Origin: Victivallis vadensis
Lineage (GTDB): Bacteria; Verrucomicrobiota; Lentisphaeria; Victivallales; Victivallaceae
NCBI GenBank assembly: GCA_040393525.1
Contig: JBEBTY010000012.1
Coordinates: 15,400 to 79,399, forward strand
Length of the DNA stretch: 64,000 nt
Reading direction: 5' to 3'
The notes beneath the pieces were generated by a model that worked only from the letters and a program-made list of their open reading frames with translations, was not told the DNA's origin and searched no databases. Position 1 is the stretch's first letter; every line of letters begins with the position of its first letter. The position numbers and the translations under genes are program-made. Positions 48,510 to 58,361 of the stretch are shown here, piece by piece.

Positions 48510-50408
48510 GTGACTGTGAAGCAAGAAAACCATCTCTGGAACCGCAACGGCATCCTCTACTTCCGCATGAGGGTACCCGCTTCTCTGCGAAGACACATTC
48601 AAAGCAAAGAAATTCGCTGCTCATTGCGGGGAATGGACTTGCAAACTGCGGTAAGGAAAACTAAATTACTGGAGAGTGAACTGGCAAAGCTCTTCAAACA
48701 GGCATTAAACGGATTGGTGGACATGGCGATATTGCATCCTCTGGTGAGGCAGATTTGCAACAACTTCCTTTTCTTTGACGGGCAAAGCCAGCTTCGGCAA
48801 TTCCGAATGAGCTTTTCTCTACAGCAGTGTAATGATGTAGAGGAATGGGTCCGTTACTGGCTCAGGAATGAAATTACTCAGTCTCCCATCGCCCAGATGT
48901 TTGCCTTCTATGCCGCTCAACGCGGCGAGGCTGTCGATATCAATGACCCGAATAACGATGCCCTGATTCTGGACTTCTACAAGGCATACCTTGAAGTTCT
49001 GCGTATCCAGAAGGAACGAATGAACGGCAATTTGCGAAACGGTTATGATGATGCAACGCCGGAGGGACGGTTTTCACAGATTCTCTCCCCTGATGATACT
49101 TCTCCCGATTTATTGCAGGCCCCGGAATTTGATGTAAGAGAAATTCTTTCCATGTGTGCCGTCCCGGAAGAGAAAAAATGTCCTCCTACATGGGAGAATC
49201 TGCAACATCATTCCCGGAAATCGCCAAAAGAAGAAAAGCCCTCCATTTCGTCCTCTCTTCCGGTCGAAGCTCCTGTTCAAATCACTCCGTCTTCCGGTAT
49301 AACTCTGGTGGAAGCGGTACGGAAATATATCCGTGACAGACAGGTCAAAAAGAACTGGAGCGATAAATTGACCACCATGAAAACCGGATATCTCAACGTT
49401 CTATTGGAACACTTCGGGGCAGACAAAGATGTTGCTTTGATTTCCAATGAAGACATGCTGGACCTTTATGAAAACGTCCTCAAAAAATATCCGTGGAACA
49501 GAAATAAACTTTATCCGGGAAAAAGTCTTGCCGAAATCATGCCGTTATCCCCCAGATACATCGACGCGGGAACAGTGCAGAACTATATCGGGGCTATCAG
49601 TACATTTTTCAGATGGTGTCAAAAAACAGGCCGTTATATGATTGCGAATCCGGCGGATGGCTTTTGCGAGGGTAGGCAAGAACGGGATGATGAGCAGAGA
49701 CTGCCGTTTGCGACCAAGGAATTGCAAAGTATTTTTCAAGAAGTCGCAGCAATGCCGAATCGTCCTTATTTCAGTAGAAAAATGTATCCGGCCCGCTACT
49801 GGGTATCGCTCATTGCTCTGTTTCAGGGAATGCGGATAAATGAAATCTGTCAGCTCTTTCTGGACAACATTTTTTCAGTCAATGGAATTCCCTGCATTGA
49901 AATCACAGCCAATGAAGAACGTAAACAGAAAGTAAAAAACAAATACAGCCGCCGGATAATCCCGATTCATTCGACTCTACTGGAACTGGGTTTTCTGGAC
50001 TATCATGATTCGCTATGGAGCGCAGAAAACAGATTGAATGACCAGCTTTTCCCCATGCTGACAGCCAGTGACGAGGGCTATAGCAGGAAGATGAACTCAT
50101 TTAACGATGTCATCCATAAACTGATTCCAGACGAAAAAAGAAAAACCTTTCATAGCTTTCGGCATAATTTTGACACGGTATTGATGAATCTCCCGGATGC
50201 GAACCCATTCCTGATTGCCTGTCTGGACGGGCATGAACGGACAGGAACGCTTGCCGGGCGCTATGCCAAAGGTCGGATTCCTGATATGCAAGGCATGCTT
50301 GAAAGGCTTGTGTACGATTTTGATATCTTCGAGTGTTTGGGCAAAACTCCGCTTGACGACAAAATCATTGCTACGCATATAGCCCGGCTTCCTGCCAGAG
50401 AGTTCTAA
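48510..50408 (+). CDS. int: Tyrosine recombinase/integrase with DUF6538-like N-terminus
   Basis: LWNRNGILYFRMRVPASLR...EIRCSL; catalytic GMRINEICQL, KNKYSRRIIPIH, HSFRH, LDGH, RY all present. Confidence 0.93.
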   Translation: MTVKQENHLWNRNGILYFRMRVPASLRRHIQSKEIRCSLRGMDLQTAVRKTKLLESELAKLFKQALNGLVDMAILHPLVRQICNNFLFFDGQSQLRQFRMSFSLQQCNDVEEWVRYWLRNEITQSPIAQMFAFYAAQRGEAVDINDPNNDALILDFYKAYLEVLRIQKERMNGNLRNGYDDATPEGRFSQILSPDDTSPDLLQAPEFDVREILSMCAVPEEKKCPPTWENLQHHSRKSPKEEKPSISSSLPVEAPVQITPSSGITLVEAVRKYIRDRQVKKNWSDKLTTMKTGYLNVLLEHFGADKDVALISNEDMLDLYENVLKKYPWNRNKLYPGKSLAEIMPLSPRYIDAGTVQNYIGAISTFFRWCQKTGRYMIANPADGFCEGRQERDDEQRLPFATKELQSIFQEVAAMPNRPYFSRKMYPARYWVSLIALFQGMRINEICQLFLDNIFSVNGIPCIEITANEERKQKVKNKYSRRIIPIHSTLLELGFLDYHDSLWSAENRLNDQLFPMLTASDEGYSRKMNSFNDVIHKLIPDEKRKTFHSFRHNFDTVLMNLPDANPFLIACLDGHERTGTLAGRYAKGRIPDMQGMLERLVYDFDIFECLGKTPLDDKIIATHIARLPAREF

Positions 50409-50665
50409 TAAACTATAATTTCCCCGATTCAACCGGGCCGGGGAATTTATTGAAAAATCTTCATTTGATAAAATCAAAGAAGCGATTATATTAATTCTCG
50501 AGTTAGCGGCATTGAATGTCGATGCCGTAAAATTAGTTGCAGAATAAAGAAGTGACAGGCGATGTTTCATCGCCGCTACAGTTCTCAGAACTCCACAGGG
50601 AAACCTGATTTTCTCTTTATTCTCTTAGCCTAGGCACATTGTGCCTTCATGCAAGGAGAATGAAA

Positions 50666-50926
50666 ATGAGAGAAAACCAAACCTCTCCCGCCCCGAACCC
50701 GCAATCATTGACCGACCGGCAATTGATGATGGAATTGCTTTCCATGATTCCGGCAGACCGGCTTGAGAAGCTGAAGCTGGTGGAACTCAGAGCGGACAAA
50801 AAATTCCGGCGCACGATTCAGGTTCGAATCAAAGTGTTGAGCAAAGAATCTGACTTGGACCCGCTCCGGAAAAAAGTTCAGATGTGTAACGCCCGTTTTG
50901 CGGCTCATGAAATTTACTTCAGCTAG
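50666..50926 (+). CDS. Small hypothetical protein, antisense to the GHKL gene tail
   Basis: AAGGAG 7 nt before ATG at 50666; 86 aa; composition more GC-rich than the GHKL body. Confidence 0.4.
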   Translation: MRENQTSPAPNPQSLTDRQLMMELLSMIPADRLEKLKLVELRADKKFRRTIQVRIKVLSKESDLDPLRKKVQMCNARFAAHEIYFS

Positions 50927-52912
50927 ATATTTATCCAGAAGGTTATTTTTTTGTTCTTCTTGAATTTTTATCTCAAGCCCTCGTTTTTGTTCTGTCAATT
51001 TGAAACGAGCTTCTCGAATAATACGGTTCCATGTTCGACAGTAGACGCGATAATTACCGTGTAGATAATCCTGCAAAATTTGCTCTTGAGGGTTATCTCC
51101 TTGATAGAGAGCTTCCATATCGGCTGTAATATCTGAAGAAACCAGCCAATATTCCCATTTATTATTTTCGGATATTTCCACTCCAGTAGTTTTTGCAATA
51201 CCGCGATAAATATCCATTGCCTGTTTTTGCAAACTTACTCCTATCGGCACATTAGGAGCCTTAAGCTCGACGATTAAATTAAAATTCCGCTTCCCTATGG
51301 AATCGGGAATCGTTTTCCACATATATAGGTCAGGAATTTTTTTGAGGTATGAGTCTACTTTTTTAGCATCTTTCTCTATGCCCTTCTCTATTTCTTCTAT
51401 TTCCGAAACAGACAATTCTTGAATCTTCAAATTGCTCTTTAACACATTTGTCAGACTTTGGTCACTATTGCTCAGGTTGTAATCAAATTTATCGCCAAAA
51501 ATCCAAGTCTCCTGCTCAACAATCTTATGTAATTGAGTTCGCTCTTTGAGTTTTTTCTTGTAAAAATCCTTATGGACCAATGAATCCAATACATCAAGGA
51601 ACGTTTCTCGTCGTAAAATTTCGTTATAATGTTGTATCAACGCAGGAAGAGGAGTGCTCTTACAGATATTTTGAAAGTCTGTTGCCTCTTCGGGAGACAG
51701 TTCCAAGACTTCGCTGAGATTGTCGGCTATAGAAGCATCTTTCTCAATGAATTTTCTGAGTAACTTGAATAGTAAAATCAATGAGCTTTTTTTACTGCTT
51801 AAAACCCTTTCCTCGTGTTCAAGAATGGAGAACGCGCATAAATCAAACAAGTTCCGCTCTGCGGCTTCAACTTCATTTTTCGGCTCAACTGCAAAAGGAT
51901 AATATTCTGCTTCTGAAAATATTTTGAATCGCTCCTTAGAACGCTTTTTCCGCATTTCATATAGAAAGTGTAACAGTCTCTCCCGATAAGCTTTTTTAAT
52001 AGGAGTTGCGGCATCCATAAAATCTGAGGAATATTCATCATATGCAGAGAAAAAATCAGAAAGTAAAAATACAGTATGATATGGCAAGGAATCAGCAGCA
52101 TTTACGCCAGAAGCAAAGGCTCCTTTATAATTAAAGCTTTTATCAAACAGAAATGTATGCTTATGTCTTTTGAAGTTATAAGCAGGTTTCCAGACAATGA
52201 AATGATAGTCAAAGATATATTCTGTCTCATTAAAATTCAGTACGAATTTCCCTTTGTTTTCACCGTCAATGAAATCGTCAGGATTTAAAGCACTTCCGTT
52301 AATATTTAATGTAAAATCAGGGTCACTCTTAATGTAGAGGCCAACTAACTCGGCGAGCCGGAAAGCAAATCTATCAGAATTTTTTAACTTCTGGGCATTA
52401 AGAGAAATATTGCTGATGGTAACTTCTGTGCCTGTCGAATTTCTTTTTGACTCAACTTCATCTCCCCAAGGAAATGATTCCGGTTCTGAAAAGCAGGATT
52501 CAATGGAGTATTCGTATAATTTCCCATCGCTATTTTTATAGCATGTACTCCATTTTATATCAGTTCCCAATGAAAGGTATTTGAAGCGTCCAATTCCTTG
52601 GCGTCCTTGGTAAGGCCGCCCATCGGGACGCTTTTTGTCTTTTTTCCACGACTTATTATATTGCTTAAAATACTCTTCTACATGTGCAAAAGGTATTCCC
52701 GTCCCATTATCTTTTATGACTATTGACGATATTTCGTGAACTGAAAAATCGCCATTATCCAATCCACATTTTTCGTATTCAAAGTTAATATCTACTCGTG
52801 TTGCCGAGGAATCGATGGAATTGAAGATGATTTGGGCTAATGCATCATAAACATCACAGGTTGCGTGCTTTTGCAATGCTTCCTTTGTTATTTCTACCTT
52901 GATAGGTTTCAT
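50705..52912 (-). CDS. GHKL (HSP90/MORC-like) ATPase fused to a PD-(D/E)xK-like nuclease
   Basis: DALAQIIFNSIDS, DNGTGI, GRQGIGRF; C-terminal ETWIFG, IPDLYM...LIVELKAP. ATG at 52912 follows GGAG, 1 bp after the res stop. Markedly AT-rich. Confidence 0.8.
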   Translation of the reverse strand: MKPIKVEITKEALQKHATCDVYDALAQIIFNSIDSSATRVDINFEYEKCGLDNGDFSVHEISSIVIKDNGTGIPFAHVEEYFKQYNKSWKKDKKRPDGRPYQGRQGIGRFKYLSLGTDIKWSTCYKNSDGKLYEYSIESCFSEPESFPWGDEVESKRNSTGTEVTISNISLNAQKLKNSDRFAFRLAELVGLYIKSDPDFTLNINGSALNPDDFIDGENKGKFVLNFNETEYIFDYHFIVWKPAYNFKRHKHTFLFDKSFNYKGAFASGVNAADSLPYHTVFLLSDFFSAYDEYSSDFMDAATPIKKAYRERLLHFLYEMRKKRSKERFKIFSEAEYYPFAVEPKNEVEAAERNLFDLCAFSILEHEERVLSSKKSSLILLFKLLRKFIEKDASIADNLSEVLELSPEEATDFQNICKSTPLPALIQHYNEILRRETFLDVLDSLVHKDFYKKKLKERTQLHKIVEQETWIFGDKFDYNLSNSDQSLTNVLKSNLKIQELSVSEIEEIEKGIEKDAKKVDSYLKKIPDLYMWKTIPDSIGKRNFNLIVELKAPNVPIGVSLQKQAMDIYRGIAKTTGVEISENNKWEYWLVSSDITADMEALYQGDNPQEQILQDYLHGNYRVYCRTWNRIIREARFKLTEQKRGLEIKIQEEQKNNLLDKYLAEVNFMSRKTGVTHLNFFPERVQVRFFAQHFDSNLNRAPEFFVRSEFHQLQLLKPVCRNHGKQFHHQLPVGQ

Positions 52913-52913
52913 T

Positions 52914-55118
52914 TTATTCTCCAATAACGCTTTTTAGCAAATTAAAACATGGACCATTTGTCATCACAAATAAGCATCGCCCATTGCTGTTCTTTGCCCA
53001 AAATTCACCGACGATTCGCTTTTCTTTGGAGTCGTCGTTGCTGTAGCGGTCTGCACCTTTATATTCAATAACCAATATACGGCCATCTTTGAGTTTTGCC
53101 ACAAAGTCAGGATAGAATTTGCGGTTGTGCAACTGAAGAAAAAAGGAGTCGTGTTCGCGTTGGTCGAGGTTGCGGACCCAGTATTCGACTTCCGGCATCT
53201 GGTCGATGAAGATGGCACATTGCTCCTCTTCGCCGCCGTCCTTTCCGTCGAAACTCCCGACTATCGGGTAATAGTGTTTCTTGAATTTATAAGAGCCTTG
53301 ATATTGGCTGTTGACCGGATAGTCAGACGGATATTGGAAGCAGCGTTCGGGAGTCACAATCGCCTTGAATTCGCCCTCCGGCAACAGTAGTTGCTGAAAT
53401 GCGGCTTTTCGCGCCAGTTGGCGTGCGAAATTGATTTTATCTTCAATTGCCGTCTTCAACTTGTATTTATCCACCACCATTTGCGCCAACGGAATATTTC
53501 GGTTGGTTTGCATATCCAGAATCAGTCTGGTTAGAAATGCGGTCATCTCCTGTGCGGTAATGTCACGGTACTGGATACGTTTACCCAGCCAATAAACGAG
53601 GTCGGAAACTTCCCAGTTATGTGCGGCATTTACATCCCAATACGCGCTGTCCTGCTGAACCCGTTCAACGAACTCCAAGACGATTTTGCCGTTTTCCGCG
53701 TCGATAGTACCGCGTTGGATTTCATCGATGCTCGGGCTGTATTCACTAGCGCTGAAGATTGCAGGGAGATTGCTCAAGCTCCAATCGCATTCCTCCAGAA
53801 TGTCTTCGCAGGACTCAAACAACTCCCCCTGTTGAAACGAAAGGAGCGGCACGGAGAATTCAAGTCGTCTTTCCGCCGGTGACGGGTTGGGAATGTGGAT
53901 ATGGTTGCTTTGCAGAAACGCCTTTTCGATATTGGCGGCATCTTTGGGGCAATGGCGCTTCAGTATTTCCCGGTCTTTCACGGTCATCGGCTCGTGGAAT
54001 ATCAGGGCTCCGTCATAGGGATTGAATTCCGGTTTGCTTTCCAGAAGTTCGCCCTCAGCGAGATATGGAATCTCCGAACGGTCGGTCAGCATCAGAACCA
54101 CTTCAGTATCGGGAAGCCCGCCCGTCGGGTATTGGCCCGCAAACAAATCGTCGCTGTCATCATAGGTCGGAACCTGCTGAATCAACCGTTCCACTTCTTG
54201 CCGGTCAAAGCCATTCTGCGTGAGAGCATCTTTGAGGTTCTGTGCTATCTCGTTGAAGGAAGCTGTGGCGAATGCGTAAGACTGATTGAGTTCCGGGAAA
54301 ATTTTGCGTTTGGCTCTGGGCATACGTAGAATTCGCCCGAGAATCTGTTCCACCTGAATTTTGGAATGACTTTCGACAATGGAACACAAGACGTAGGCAA
54401 AAGAACAGTCCCATCCCTCTTTCAACTTCTGCTGGGTGATAATATAGCGGACCGGGCAGTCGCCCTTGAACAAATCCAGCTTGTTGATTTCGTCGATGGG
54501 GCCGGTTGCGATTTTCACCTCGTCTTCATTTAGCCGGAAGTCTTCAACCAGAACTACCTTCAGGCGTTCCGCATGAAGGGTATCGACCAGCTCGCTTTTC
54601 CTCTCCGCCTGAAGCAGCACAATCGGACGGATATATTCGCCGGTTTTCTGCTGTTCTAGCATCGCCAGTCGTTCCAATTGATTGCGCCGATTGATAGCGT
54701 CCTGCAAGAGCTCACGCCAATCAGGACGGCCTTCCACCACAATTGGGAGCTTAATCATCTCTTCGGCTTTCAACTCCTGCGCCGACACACTATAAAGAAT
54801 GTTCGAAGGATTGACTTGTACATCCGGCGTGGCGGTAAATTCCATGATGCAACTGGGGCTGAAGTTCGCCAAGGTGTCGAAGGTGAGGCGGGTTCTGGCG
54901 TTGTGCGCCTCATCAACAATGACGATGGGACGCCGCATAGCAATCACGTTAGCCAGCGACTCCACCGGTTTGCCGGTATTGGGATTCAGTTCCAACTGGC
55001 CGGGCCACGCTTGAGCAGAAGAATCGAAAAAACTCATCAACGAACCATCCTGCTTATAAACCCGCAATCCGGTCGTATCGTCCCGCTTGAAGCTCTGCAT
55101 GGTCGAAACAATCACGAT
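52914..55118 (-). pseudogene. res: Type III restriction endonuclease Res subunit, 5'-truncated
   Basis: IVDEAHNA, EFTATP, QKLKEGWDC, QILGRILR, YPDFVAKLKDGRILVIEYKG. No Walker A; in-frame stop at 55131-55133 upstream; no RBS and no mod gene. Confidence 0.82.
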
Positions 55119-56150
55119 AAATCCAGAGCTTTAGCGGCATTGCTGACTCCGGCTCTGGTCGCTGGCGGGATTTTGAATGCAAGGTCTCCGATGATGTTGC
55201 TGGAAGCGGATAAAAGCCAGTCGGGAAAAGGTTTCTTTTCCAAAATTCTTGGAGCCATTTACAATGAGACGCCGGTAACGGTAGCTCAGCGTGAACGCGG
55301 TACCGGAGGATTGGATGAGAACTTTGATGCGGCGGTTTGCAGTGGTCGTCAGATTATCGTGCTGGACAACCTGCGCGGTAAGCTGAACAGCCCGCAAATC
55401 GAAGCCTTTCTGACCTCGGAACGACATATGGCCAGAATGCCTTACTCTCCTCAGGTTGAAGTGGAGCCCGGACGTTATTTCATCATGGCGACCTCGAATA
55501 ACTTCGAGTTGACGGTTGACATGGCGAATCGGGCCTGCATCATCCGCATTTTCAAGCAATCGAAGAATTATCAGTTCCAATCTTTCCCCGAAGGAGATAT
55601 CCTTGAGCATATCAAGGCAAATCAACCTCGCTATCTGGGGGCGGTTTTCGCCGTCATCCGGGAATGGGTCAGATTGGAAAGCCAGAGAATGCCCCGTGCC
55701 GCGCACGATTTTCGTGATTGGTGCCGGGCGCTCGATTGGATGGTCCAGAATATCCTCCATGGCGCTCCTTTAATGGATGGGCATCGGGAGATTCAGATGG
55801 TAACGGTGCATCCTGAAGTCAATTGGCTGAAGGGGCTCTGTAATATTATCCGTGACCTCAATGAACTGGATAGTCCGATGACGGCTCTCGACCTTGCGGA
55901 GCGTTGTGAACTGGCCGAAGTGGAGCTTCCCGGAGCGCAGGGAGCTCTGTGGCAGGATTTGGACGAACGGGGACATACGCAAGTCTGTTCGCAAATCGGA
56001 AGGCGTCTCGCGAATCTGTATAAGAAGCTGGGAGACGACCGCGAGGTTTGCATCGGCAACTTCTCGGTCACACGGGAAAACCGAAGGATGACCTATGCCT
56101 CCGGTAAATCCGAGAATGCCATGTGCTACCGGTTTAATCCCGTAGCATAA
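55116..56150 (+). pseudogene. Primase-associated P-loop NTPase/helicase domain, 5'-truncated
   Basis: EADKSQSGKG (Walker A-like), VLDNLRG (Walker B-like), ATSNN, DMANRACII. The first ~145 aa of the tracked ORF (54678..) are only the antisense of res. Confidence 0.65.
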
Positions 56151-56194
56151 TCTCTCCAGCCGTTGCCTGATTGATTCCGATTGACGTCAGCCCG

Positions 56195-56222
56195 GCCCTC
56201 TTCGGAGGGCTTTTTCTTTTTA
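56195..56222 (+). terminator. Intrinsic terminator with UUCG loop
   Basis: GCCCTC-TTCG-GAGGGC followed by TTTTTCTTTT. Confidence 0.8.
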
Positions 56223-56374
56223 TAGCAAACAATAGAGCTCACTCTAATGCAAGTCCGCAGAGATTACGCTCCCGCCTTGGAAGCGCAAGAGCTCTTCAGC
56301 ATTTATAGATAAGTTTTGGCACTTTTACATATAAATAGGTAATGGAGCAGAGCAGTAATTTCCATTGAAATAAT

Positions 56375-56402
56375 TTGACATGAACCGATTGTATGCTATT
56401 TT
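56375..56402 (+). promoter_or_regulatory. Outward-facing sigma70-like promoter near attR
   Basis: TTGACA-16-TATTTT with an extended TG. Confidence 0.4.
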
Positions 56403-56425
56403 ATAAATTAATGGAGGCGTTGCGC

Positions 56426-56460
56426 TGAGGCACAAAGTGTGACACAACTGTGACACAGGT
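56426..56460 (+). repeat. Right arm-type repeat array, 3 x TGWGRCACA
   Basis: 34 of 35 bp identical to 48446-48480, same orientation. Confidence 0.85.
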
Positions 56461-56557
56461 TTTGTTGCCAAAGTGTTTGTTTTGAATAGAATTAACTTTG
56501 CAAACAGTTGATTTGCAAGAGTTGACAAGGAAAAAAATTTGGAAGGTTCAAAACGTC

Positions 56558-56593
56558 TCCGGTCCACGCCTCCATTTTTTTTGCCCTGATTTT
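56558..56593 (+). repeat. attR core
   Basis: TCCGGTCCACGCCTCCA-T8-GCCCTGATTTT; one more T than attL. Confidence 0.92.
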
Positions 56594-56619
56594 GCTCCCT
56601 TTTTCTATCTTCTACAGGT

Positions 56620-57531
56620 TTATTCTATTTCGGTGGATTGCAAGTGCCGGGGTGGGTAACCGAAAAATTTCTTGAATTCCGTCGAAAAATTATGCTGGTT
56701 ATCATAGCCGACTTTGGCGGCGACTTCTTTAACCAACAGCCCTCCTTGGCGCAACATCGCGTCGGCTTGGCGCATTCGCAACAAGGTTAAATAGTGATGA
56801 GGCGTCACATCTAAATACTCTCGGAACAAGCGGTTCAGCCTGGACTCACTGATTCCGGCTCCAGTGGCGATGTCGGAGATCAGCAGCTTTTGCGAATAGC
56901 TGCGTCCGATGATTTCCAAAGCGGCGGCCAACGGCGCAGGTTGGTGTTGTTCGGATTCCGGCGACACGAGATATTGGATGATTTCAAAGCAGAGATTGGA
57001 TACCTGGCGACGGGCGATGGGAGCAAATGTCTCTTGCAGCGCGTTGCCCAGATGTGAAAACAACCCGGTGAGAAGATCAAGCGCCTTCAAGCTGATGAAT
57101 GTTCCTTGAGCGAGTTTACTGGATTCCAGAATCCCCGCCAGAGCGTATCCTTCTATCTGAATCCCGATTTTATTGCAACGTAGCGGCGTTGTGAGTTCAT
57201 GATCGATTCCCGGAGGTAGGAGCATTACATCGCCTGCCTCCATGATCCGGTATTCGGAGCCGCACCGAACCCATTGCTCACCGGAGCAGATCACTCCGAT
57301 ACTCAGGAAAAGAGGGTTCTCCCGATGCAGATAGTACCCTTTCCAGCTGCGGCTGTGGCAGAGTAGGCGGCAAGAGAGCATCATGTCGTTTCTGGCATCC
57401 GCCGGGACTTGGTATTGGCGGCAGTATTCATTTCGGACAATGCCGAGGCGATAGCCGTTTCCCTGTTCCTCCGTCGGCAGAGAAGAAAGACGCTGAAAGA
57501 GTTGTTGTGAAGATTCATCTAAATATTTCAT
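56620..57531 (-). CDS. AraC-family transcriptional regulator
   Basis: Cupin domain plus SESRLNRLFR...KEVAAKVGYDNQHNFSTEFKK. Start placed at MKYLDE. Confidence 0.9.
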   Translation of the reverse strand: MKYLDESSQQLFQRLSSLPTEEQGNGYRLGIVRNEYCRQYQVPADARNDMMLSCRLLCHSRSWKGYYLHRENPLFLSIGVICSGEQWVRCGSEYRIMEAGDVMLLPPGIDHELTTPLRCNKIGIQIEGYALAGILESSKLAQGTFISLKALDLLTGLFSHLGNALQETFAPIARRQVSNLCFEIIQYLVSPESEQHQPAPLAAALEIIGRSYSQKLLISDIATGAGISESRLNRLFREYLDVTPHHYLTLLRMRQADAMLRQGGLLVKEVAAKVGYDNQHNFSTEFKKFFGYPPRHLQSTEIE

Positions 57532-57589
57532 TTGACAGGATTCCAAACATTTTCATTGCTTTTCTATACATATTATAGCATTGGAAGTG

Positions 57590-57618
57590 TTGTTTTCCAA
57601 ATCAATAAATACTATAAT
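57590..57618 (+). promoter_or_regulatory. Sigma70 promoter of the pilin-like gene
   Basis: TTGTTT-17-TATAAT. Confidence 0.5.
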
Positions 57619-57674
57619 TAAAGTAGTTCCAAACGAAATCACTCTCTCAAGAACAACGAAAAGAGGCGGTAGGC

Positions 57675-58355
57675 ATGAAGAAGAAGTTTACGTTGATTGA
57701 ATTGTTGGTGGTAATCGCAATCATTGCGATTCTTGCCGGGATGTTGCTTCCCGCACTGAATCAGGCACGGTCGCGAGCCAGTGCTATTTCGTGTGTCAAC
57801 AATATCAAGCAGCTCTCTACGATGACACGGATGTATCTGGATGACAACAACGATATGATGTTCTTCTACGGAAACAACAAGACATGGGCAATGGTTTTGG
57901 CGAATAAGGAAGGCGGTGGCGCATTGACCAGCAATGATAAGATTTATTCTTGTCCGACATTGCCGGGGCCGAATCCGAATGACATCAATTTTTACACCTA
58001 CGGACTTGCCAATCCTGCGCCTGCCGCCAAGTTGTTGCCGAGCCGGTATTATTCTTTGAGCGGAGCTTATACAGGGTTGAATCTCAAGGGAGTCCAGAAT
58101 GCTTCATCGCTTCCGTTAATCGGTGATGCAGGACGGAATCTGAATGAAAATGCCGGATGGAACTTCAAGAACATTGCCGGCGACAATGCCTTTGCGCTTA
58201 CTCACGGCAAACAGGGAAGCCTTGGATTTGCCGATGGTCATGCGGCGCTTTCCACCGAACACGATCTTCGTGATGCCTTGGTAAAAACCTGGGACGATGA
58301 TACATTGCAAGTGTATTATCTGATCCCCGGTTCGGCAGCTCGTCTGGTGCAGTAA
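57675..58355 (+). CDS. Prepilin-type N-terminal cleavage/methylation protein with H-X9-DG motif
   Basis: [32 protein letters not shown]...CVNNIKQL; [13 protein letters not shown]. Confidence 0.92.
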   Translation: MKKKFTLIELLVVIAIIAILAGMLLPALNQARSRASAISCVNNIKQLSTMTRMYLDDNNDMMFFYGNNKTWAMVLANKEGGGALTSNDKIYSCPTLPGPNPNDINFYTYGLANPAPAAKLLPSRYYSLSGAYTGLNLKGVQNASSLPLIGDAGRNLNENAGWNFKNIAGDNAFALTHGKQGSLGFADGHAALSTEHDLRDALVKTWDDDTLQVYYLIPGSAARLVQ

Positions 58356-58361
58356 GAAGGG

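Larger units (their letters stand above)
48359..56593. mobile_element. ~8.2-kb integrative element / genomic island in tRNA-Cys, internally deleted
   Basis: Direct att repeats, integrase next to attL, AT-rich cargo, primase-associated remnant near attR. Confidence 0.9.

Noticed and set aside
48139-48664. Short ORFs over tRNA-Cys and attL
   Set aside because: Spurious translations of the tRNA and repeat array.
54678-55115. N-terminal part of the 490-aa plus-strand ORF as a real domain
   Set aside because: It is the reverse complement of the res coding sequence; recognisable NTPase motifs begin only after about 55116.
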